32,000 nucleotides of DNA from Mucisphaera calidilacus (GTDB lineage Bacteria > Planctomycetota > Phycisphaerae > Phycisphaerales > Phycisphaeraceae), in the NCBI RefSeq assembly GCF_007748075.1, contig NZ_CP036280.1, positions 1,920,001-1,952,000 of the forward strand, in the 5' to 3' direction. A model generated the notes under the pieces. The model had not been told where the DNA came from. It searched no databases and saw nothing but the letters and a program-made list of their open reading frames with translations. Made by a program: the position numbers and the translations under genes. Within the stretch, counting starts at the first letter, position 1. Every line of letters begins with the position of its first letter. Below are positions 26,042-32,000 of this stretch, piece after piece.

Positions 26042-28126
26042 ATGCGTGAGGAACGGTTTCAGCTGGTGTCGGATTTTTCGCCGATGGGTGATCAGCCGGC
26101 GGCGATCGAGGCGCTGACGGACGGGATCGAGGCGGGTGAGCGTTACCAGACGCTTCTGGGTGCGACGGGGACGGGCAAAACGTTCACGATGGCGAACGTC
26201 ATTGCGCGGGTGAACAAGCCGACGCTGATCATCTCGCACAACAAGACGCTGGCGGCGCAGCTGTACGAGGAGATGCGGGAGCTGTTCCCGAACAACGCGG
26301 TGTCGTACTTCGTGTCGTACTACGACTACTACCAGCCGGAGGCGTACATCCCGCAGCGGGACATCTATATCGAGAAGGACTCGTCGCGGAACGATGACCT
26401 GGATCGGTTGCGGATGGCGGCGACGAGCAACCTGGTGTCGCGTCGGGACACGATCGTGGTGGCGTCGGTGTCGTGTATTTTCGGTCTGGGTTCGCCTGAC
26501 GCGTTCAAGAACGCGGTGATGAGCATCAGCGTGGGTCAGATGCTGCCGCGGCAGGACTTTCTGCGGGGGTTGACGGACCTTCAGTACGCGCGGTCGGAGT
26601 ATGAGTTGAAGCGTGGGACGTTCCGTGTGCGTGGGGACGTGATCGAGCTGGTGCCTGCGTCGGAGGAGTTCGCGTACCGGATTGAGCTGTTCGGGGATGA
26701 GATCGAGTCGCTGGCGCTGATCCATCCGACGTCGGGGGAGTTGCTGGCGGAGGAGCAGCACCTGCACGTGTTCCCGGCGGTGAACTACGTGATGCCTGAG
26801 GAGAAGCTGGAGGGTGCGCTGGGTTCGATCCGTGAGGAGCTGGACCGTCGTGTGATGGCGCTGCGTTCGGAGGCGAAGCTGCTGGAGGCTCAGCGTCTGC
26901 TGGCGCGGACGAAGTATGACCTGGAGATGATGGCGGAGGTGGGTTACTGCTCGGGCGTGGAGAATTACTCGCGTCACCTTGATGGTCGTCCTGCGGGTTC
27001 GCGGCCTTACACGCTGCTGGACTATTTCCCGTCGGACGACTGGCTGATGATGATCGATGAGAGTCACGTGACGCTGCCTCAGGTTCAGGCGATGTACAAC
27101 GGCGATCAGGCGCGCAAGCGTGTGCTGGTGGATCACGGCTTCCGCCTGCCTTCGGCGCTGGACAACCGGCCGTTGAAGTTCGAGGAGGTGGAGAAGACGT
27201 GGAGTCAGGTGGTGTTCGTGACGGCGACGCCCGGGCCTTACGAGATGGAGCAGACGCGGGGTCAGGTGGTGGAGCAGATCATCCGTCCGACGGGGCTGGT
27301 GGACCCGGTGATCGAGGTGCGTCCGGCGGACGGTCAGGTGCCGGACCTGTTGACGATGGTGCGGGAGCGGAAGGCGGCGGGCGAGCGTGTGCTGGTGACG
27401 ACGCTGACCAAGCGTCTGGCGGAGGATCTGGCGGCGTACCTGGCGGGTCAGGAGATCAACTGCCGGTACCTGCACTCGGAGATCGACACGCTGGATCGGG
27501 TGGCGATCCTTCGCGAGCTGCGTGAGGGTCAGTTTGATGTGCTGGTGGGCGTGAACCTGCTGCGTGAGGGGCTGGACCTGCCTGAGGTGTCGATGGTGGC
27601 GATCCTGGACGCGGACAAGACGGGATTCCTGAGGTCGGCGACGAGTCTGATCCAGCAGATGGGTCGCGCGGCGCGGAACGTGAATGCTTATGTGGTGCTG
27701 TACGCGGACTCGGTGACGCCCGCGATGCAGGCGGCGATGGACGAGACGGAGCGTCGTCGTGCGAAGCAGCTGGCATACAACGCGGAGCACGGGATCACGC
27801 CGAAGACGGTGGAGAAGGCGATCCGCAAGGGGATCGAGCTGGAGCTCCGGGCGCGTCGGACGGCGCGGAAGCTGATGAACGAGGAGGTGGAGGAGGAGGC
27901 GATCGACCGGGACGAGCTGCTGGCGGAGCTTCGGAAACAGATGTACGAGGCGGCGGAGTCGCTTGAGTTCGAGAAGGCGGCGGGGATCCGGGATCAGATC
28001 AAGCAGATCGAGGCGTCGCCTGAGTTGAAGCGTGTCCCGGCGGCGATGAAGCCGGAGAAGAAGCCGGGGACGCCTGGCGTGCGTGTGGTGAAGCGTGGGA
28101 AGAAGCGGAAGGCGGGTCAGCCTTAA
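26042..28126 (+). CDS. uvrB: Excinuclease ABC subunit B
   Basis: The sequence contains [17 protein letters not shown], Walker [28 protein letters not shown] and the helicase C motifs. The C-terminal UVR domain is [17 protein letters not shown]. Confidence 0.95.
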   Translation: MREERFQLVSDFSPMGDQPAAIEALTDGIEAGERYQTLLGATGTGKTFTMANVIARVNKPTLIISHNKTLAAQLYEEMRELFPNNAVSYFVSYYDYYQPEAYIPQRDIYIEKDSSRNDDLDRLRMAATSNLVSRRDTIVVASVSCIFGLGSPDAFKNAVMSISVGQMLPRQDFLRGLTDLQYARSEYELKRGTFRVRGDVIELVPASEEFAYRIELFGDEIESLALIHPTSGELLAEEQHLHVFPAVNYVMPEEKLEGALGSIREELDRRVMALRSEAKLLEAQRLLARTKYDLEMMAEVGYCSGVENYSRHLDGRPAGSRPYTLLDYFPSDDWLMMIDESHVTLPQVQAMYNGDQARKRVLVDHGFRLPSALDNRPLKFEEVEKTWSQVVFVTATPGPYEMEQTRGQVVEQIIRPTGLVDPVIEVRPADGQVPDLLTMVRERKAAGERVLVTTLTKRLAEDLAAYLAGQEINCRYLHSEIDTLDRVAILRELREGQFDVLVGVNLLREGLDLPEVSMVAILDADKTGFLRSATSLIQQMGRAARNVNAYVVLYADSVTPAMQAAMDETERRRAKQLAYNAEHGITPKTVEKAIRKGIELELRARRTARKLMNEEVEEEAIDRDELLAELRKQMYEAAESLEFEKAAGIRDQIKQIEASPELKRVPAAMKPEKKPGTPGVRVVKRGKKRKAGQP

Positions 28127-28138
28127 TCGGGCTTCTGA

Positions 28139-29239
28139 TCATCGTCGTGGCCGGAGTCCGAGTGCCTGGGCGAGTGCGTAGTTGGGGTTGAGGTTGTCGT
28201 CGGCGATGCCGAAGCCGCCCTTGTAGTCCCACATGGTCCAGACGATGCCGTTGCGTTCGAGCGCCTGGCGCATGTGGCGTGACCACGTGATGCGGTCCTC
28301 GGCCCTGGCGTGGGGGATGTAGACGCCGAACTCGTTGCACATGATGGGGACGTTGTGCTGTCGGGCCCAGTCGCCGGCCTGATCGATGCGTTGGTTGATG
28401 CGTTGGGCGTTCCACTGCTGGTTGCCGTAGTCGGTCAGCCACTGGATGACGTCGACGTCGGTGGTGTTGTCGATGAGGATGCGGACGTTGTCGGGGGTCG
28501 AGGGGTAGGGGACCATGCTGACCTGCTGGGGGACGGGTCCGGCCCAGTTAGCGCCCTGGTGGGTGAAGATGAAGGGGTCGTAGCAGTGGAAGTTGTAGAC
28601 GACGTTGTCCATCTCGAGGGGTTTGAGTTTGAGGAGTTCGTCGATGCCTGACCAGCGGTCGGCGGCGGCGATGATGGTGTGATTGGGTGCCGCGGCGCGG
28701 ACGGCCCTGGCGATGTCGGTCTGGAAGGTCTGCCAGAGGTCGTCGGGGTAGTCGAGGGGTTCGTTGAGGAGTTCGAACCAGAGCCGCTGGGGCGGGTGAT
28801 TGGCGTGGTGGGCGGCGAGGGCGGACCAGTTCTTGATGAAGGCTGCGCGTGCTTCGGGGTCCTCGATGAGGCGTTGTTTGAATTCTTCGCCCGGGTGGAT
28901 GTCGAGGATGACGTTGAGGCGTGACTTGAGGATCATGCGGAGGCCGACGTCGAGGGCGTAGAGTCGGCTCTTGTTGAGCTGGCCGGGTTGTTCGTTGTTG
29001 AAGAGCCCGTCGGGCTCGACGGAGACGCGGACGTGGTCGAAGCCGAGTCTGCTGATGAGGTCGATGTCCTGCTGGGTGATCTTGGAGAAGAAGTAGTCAT
29101 TGGTGTAGCCGCGTGGGTCGAAGACCTGGGCGTGCCAGTGGCTGAGGTTGATGCCGCGTCGGAAGCCGTTGAGGTCCTGTGCCATCAGCGTGAGGGGTGT
29201 GAGGAGGGTGATCAGGATCAGCGTGAGGAATCGATGCAT
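28139..29239 (-). CDS. Glycoside hydrolase family 5 (cellulase-like), secreted
   Basis: The signal peptide is MHRFLTLILITLLTPLTLMAQ. The sequence contains RGINLSHW, the acid/base motif FELLNEP and the nucleophile context IMCNEFGV. A GGAGAAG SD lies upstream of the ATG at 29239. The track ORF continues open to 31597, but that extension is non-coding shadow. Confidence 0.85.
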   Translation of the reverse strand: MHRFLTLILITLLTPLTLMAQDLNGFRRGINLSHWHAQVFDPRGYTNDYFFSKITQQDIDLISRLGFDHVRVSVEPDGLFNNEQPGQLNKSRLYALDVGLRMILKSRLNVILDIHPGEEFKQRLIEDPEARAAFIKNWSALAAHHANHPPQRLWFELLNEPLDYPDDLWQTFQTDIARAVRAAAPNHTIIAAADRWSGIDELLKLKPLEMDNVVYNFHCYDPFIFTHQGANWAGPVPQQVSMVPYPSTPDNVRILIDNTTDVDVIQWLTDYGNQQWNAQRINQRIDQAGDWARQHNVPIMCNEFGVYIPHARAEDRITWSRHMRQALERNGIVWTMWDYKGGFGIADDNLNPNYALAQALGLRPRR

Positions 29240-29413
29240 GGCTGACTTCTCCAAGGGTAGCTTGTGTGATGCACAGACTACCTGAGGATAGCGGGCTGGC
29301 GTCGGATGCGTGGGGCAATCATGCGAGATTGAGGGGCAAATGCGGTGGCGTGATCGTCTGGCGGGGCGGGTAGACTGCGCTGCTTGAGTGTCCTGAAAAG
29401 ATGGAGACCGCTG

Positions 29414-31579
29414 ATGCGTCGGATTCTGGTGTTGGTTGTTGTGCTGGCGTGCTGCGTGGCGGCGCGTGGTGAGGTGGAGGATTTCACGTTCCTGCAGGTG
29501 AGTGACATGCACCTGAACCCGCGGCCGGAGGGTGCGGCTTATGAGCCGGACGGCCGGAGCGTGAAGGCGATGGCGTGGGTGGCGGGTGAGAGCGGGAAGG
29601 AGCAGTCGCTGGAGCCTTACCAGGTGACGGCTGTGGCGCCGGACCTGACGCTGTTCACGGGCGATCTGTTTGAGTATTCGGTGATCGGTGACACGTGGGG
29701 GGACCTGGAGCGTGCGCTGGCGGGGTTCCGGACCACGAACTACCTGATGCCCGGGAATCACGACAACACGTGGGCGAGCATCACGCCGAAGCTTCGCGCA
29801 TTGTACATGCACCGCGAGGGGATCAACGCGAGCGTGGAGGGGCATTACGCGTTTACGCACAAGGGCGTGCGGTTCATTCAGTTGAACACGTCGGGTCTGC
29901 TGGAGGCGGTGCCGGCGATTCCGCGGGGGATGCTGACGTGGCTGCGCGGGGAGTTGGACGGTCTGGATCCTTCGATGCCGATCATCGTGTCGATGCACCA
30001 CCCGCTGATCGGCTCGCGGAGTTACGCGAGCGAGTACGACACGCTGCGTCTGCATGAAGTGTTGCGCGGGCGGAACGTGGTGCTGCTGCTGGACGGTCAC
30101 TGGCATTCGGCGCAGGTGCGCAGGTGGCATCAGTATGACTCGGTGTGCGGCGGGAGCACGTTCGGGAAGAACACGGGCTACAACATCATCTCGATTCAGG
30201 ACGGGATGCTGCGGGTGGCGTATCGGTACAAGGAGGACCCGCTGGGGATGGACGGCCTTGTGGAGAAGCGGATTGACGCGGAGCCGGCGTATCTCAAGAG
30301 TGAGTTGGTGATTCCGGCGTCGACGCGTCATGGCGAGGCGGTGCGTGTGTCGCTTCGTGTGACGGGTGGTGATCGGGTCACGTCGGCGCGGCTTCGTGTG
30401 GACGGTGATGTCGAGGGCATGCTTGCGCTGGAGCAGGAGGGCGCGTCGTGGTCGGGTGTGATCGAGACGTCGTCGATGGTGCCGGGTCGTCACTTTCTGG
30501 CGATCGAGGCGGAGCGTGCGGACGGCGCGGTGTTCACGCGGGCGGGTGAGTTCTTCGTGGAGCCTGATCCGGGTGTGATGCGTGTTGAGCGTCGTCAGTT
30601 GGTGTCGGGGGTCAAGGCGGGGATGATCCCGCTGGATGACGGTGTGATGCTGGCGAGTGTGGATGGCGCGATCTACCAACTCGGCGAGGACCTTCGCGTT
30701 CGTGTGGTGATGGGTCAGGGTGGGCAGATCGTGCATGGTTTTGCGGGGACTGAGGATCGGCTTTTCTATGGCCGGGACTCGGGGTACATGCAGAGTTCGC
30801 GTTACCCGACCGTGAAAGAACGCATGGGCTGGATGAAGAATCTGAATGAGCCTTTGTACGCGCCGGCGGTCGTTGCGGACGGGGTGGTGTATGTGGGTGA
30901 TGCGTCGGGTCGTGTGCACGCGCTGGACGCGACGAACGGCGAGCCGATCTGGAAGACCAAGGTTGCGGCGTACGGGATCGAGGCGGCTTGTGCGGTGACG
31001 GATGAGCTGGTGATCGTGGGTGCGTGGGACGGTTTTATTCACGCGTTGGACCGTGAGACCGGCGAACAGCGGTGGAGCGTTTGGAACGCGAAGGGCCAGA
31101 CGGACCGCAAGAGCCGCTACTACGGGCCGGCGGACAGTGCCCCGGTGGTGATGGGCGAGAGGCTGTTCGTGACCGATCGCGGTTACGTGCTGGGCGCGTA
31201 CACGCTGGAGGGCGAGTTCGAGGGCGTGGTGATGGAGGGGATCACGGCGATCAGCCGGAGTGAGGATGGCGAGCACTTCTACGGCCGTGGCTTGTCGGAC
31301 CGGGTGATGAAGTTTGATGCCGAGGGCGAGGTGGTGTGGGAGGTTGAGGTGCCTGCGGGTCGTCTGCCGGTGCCGGCTACTGAGCGTGGCGGGCGTGTGG
31401 CGGTGACGTCGAACGATGGTCTGCTGAGTGTGCTGGACGCTGAGGACGGCTCGCTTGTGGCGCAGGTGCGTGTTAGTCCCGGGCTGTACGTTCAAGCACC
31501 GGCGGCGATTGATGCCGCGGGCAGGGTTTATGTGGCGGACCTGGACGGCGTGGTCACCCGGGTGACGCTGGCCGAGTGA
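29414..31579 (+). CDS. Secreted metallophosphoesterase fused to PQQ-like beta-propeller repeats
   Basis: The signal peptide is MRRILVLVVVLACCVAARG, with a GGAGAC SD 6 nt upstream. Phosphoesterase motifs are QVSDMHLN, TGDLFEY, PGNHDN, SMHHPL and LLDGHWH. The C-terminal repeats are of the type VYVGDASGRVHALDATNGEPIWK, IVGAWDGFIHALDRETGEQRW and LLSVLDAEDGSLV. Confidence 0.8.
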   Translation: MRRILVLVVVLACCVAARGEVEDFTFLQVSDMHLNPRPEGAAYEPDGRSVKAMAWVAGESGKEQSLEPYQVTAVAPDLTLFTGDLFEYSVIGDTWGDLERALAGFRTTNYLMPGNHDNTWASITPKLRALYMHREGINASVEGHYAFTHKGVRFIQLNTSGLLEAVPAIPRGMLTWLRGELDGLDPSMPIIVSMHHPLIGSRSYASEYDTLRLHEVLRGRNVVLLLDGHWHSAQVRRWHQYDSVCGGSTFGKNTGYNIISIQDGMLRVAYRYKEDPLGMDGLVEKRIDAEPAYLKSELVIPASTRHGEAVRVSLRVTGGDRVTSARLRVDGDVEGMLALEQEGASWSGVIETSSMVPGRHFLAIEAERADGAVFTRAGEFFVEPDPGVMRVERRQLVSGVKAGMIPLDDGVMLASVDGAIYQLGEDLRVRVVMGQGGQIVHGFAGTEDRLFYGRDSGYMQSSRYPTVKERMGWMKNLNEPLYAPAVVADGVVYVGDASGRVHALDATNGEPIWKTKVAAYGIEAACAVTDELVIVGAWDGFIHALDRETGEQRWSVWNAKGQTDRKSRYYGPADSAPVVMGERLFVTDRGYVLGAYTLEGEFEGVVMEGITAISRSEDGEHFYGRGLSDRVMKFDAEGEVVWEVEVPAGRLPVPATERGGRVAVTSNDGLLSVLDAEDGSLVAQVRVSPGLYVQAPAAIDAAGRVYVADLDGVVTRVTLAE

Positions 31580-31592
31580 GGCTGGAGTCGGG

Positions 31593-31632
31593 CTCAAAGA
31601 AATACCCCCAGGCCCCTTGACGGGCCCGGGGG
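31593..31632 (-). terminator. Probable terminator hairpin between convergent genes
   Basis: The stem pairs 31605-31615 with 31622-31632 as 5+5 bp with one A/C mismatch, around a 6-nt loop. On the minus strand it is followed by TATTTCTTT. Confidence 0.45.
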
Positions 31633-31664
31633 CGGAACACGGTCGGTGTCAGCGAACGTCGTGA

Positions 31665-32000
31665 TTAGCGACGACGCAGCATGGCGAGACAGCCCAGACC
31701 GGTGAGGGCGAGTGATGCCGGCTCGGGGACGACGTCCCAGGTGGCCGGGCGGCTGGCGAAGCCGTCGATGAACTCGTTGTGGCCGGCGTAGAAGGGGCCG
31801 AGGAGTTCGGGCTGCGCGTCGAAGTTGACGACGTTGTCGTTGTACATGGCGACGCCGTTCTCGGCATCGATGGAGAGGCGGGCCCAGTCGGCGTCGACGC
31901 CGGTGAGGTCGAACTCGGCGAGGATGTCCCAGGTGCTGTTCTGGCCGCCGTTCTTGGCGTCGACGAGGTAGAGGAAGACGTCGACTTCGCTGCGGGAGAT
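31665..32000 (-). CDS. PEP-CTERM sorting domain protein, 5'-truncated by the window edge
   Basis: The C-terminus is VVPEPASLALTGLGCLAMLRRR. My manual translation shows the frame stays open from 31847 up to position 32000 (...VDVFLYLVDAKNGGQNSTWDILAEFDLTGVDADWARLSIDAENGVAMYNDNVV...). It is unrelated in sequence to the two tandem paralogs. Confidence 0.75.
   Translation of the reverse strand: MSRSEVDVFLYLVDAKNGGQNSTWDILAEFDLTGVDADWARLSIDAENGVAMYNDNVVNFDAQPELLGPFYAGHNEFIDGFASRPATWDVVPEPASLALTGLGCLAMLRRR

Noticed and set aside
25952-27790. A 612-aa ORF lies antisense to uvrB.
   Set aside because: It is R/H/L/Q/P-rich low-information sequence opposite an unambiguous uvrB. It is a shadow ORF.
29240-31597. 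The track ORF 28139-31597 (-) is 1152 aa long, extending about 786 codons upstream of the GH5 start.
   Set aside because: The extension is R/H/P/T-rich with no recognisable domains. It is exactly antisense to the well-supported metallophosphoesterase/propeller CDS. The GH5 protein has its own SD, ATG and signal peptide at 29239. Stop-free antisense frames are expected given the strong strand composition bias.

Overview
This is a high-GC bacterial chromosomal segment that is densely coding, with about 29 protein genes. I found no rRNA, tRNA, CRISPR array or transposase. Three proteins end in PEP-CTERM sorting signals, which, with several signal-peptide proteins, suggests a Planctomycetota/Phycisphaerae-like genome; that assignment is a guess. 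Housekeeping genes are rpsR, nif3, an alaC-like aminotransferase, comM/yifB, psd, tadA, recG and uvrB. Accessory content includes an E. coli-type higBA toxin-antitoxin cassette with two palindromic operators. A minus-strand envelope/glycan cluster encodes a class V aminotransferase, an O-antigen-ligase-like protein, a radical SAM/SPASM enzyme and a GT4 glycosyltransferase. Two tandem paralogous PEP-CTERM genes each appear to have their own promoter and terminator. A DUF547 gene sits next to a 799-aa fusion of an apparently circularly permuted TrxR-like flavoprotein to a NapH-like membrane polyferredoxin. A secreted GH5 gene lies divergent from a metallophosphoesterase/beta-propeller gene. The most pervasive unexplained signal is compositional. 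The + strand is G-rich (and T-rich) regardless of gene orientation, so + and - strand genes use visibly different synonymous codons. This also explains the many long shadow ORFs in the six-frame track. Nothing here is an obvious defence or mobile system. The best candidates for under-described biology are the Wzy-like/rSAM-SPASM/GT4 cluster and the permuted flavoprotein-polyferredoxin fusion. All calls come from reading the translations and DNA by eye; no searches were run.
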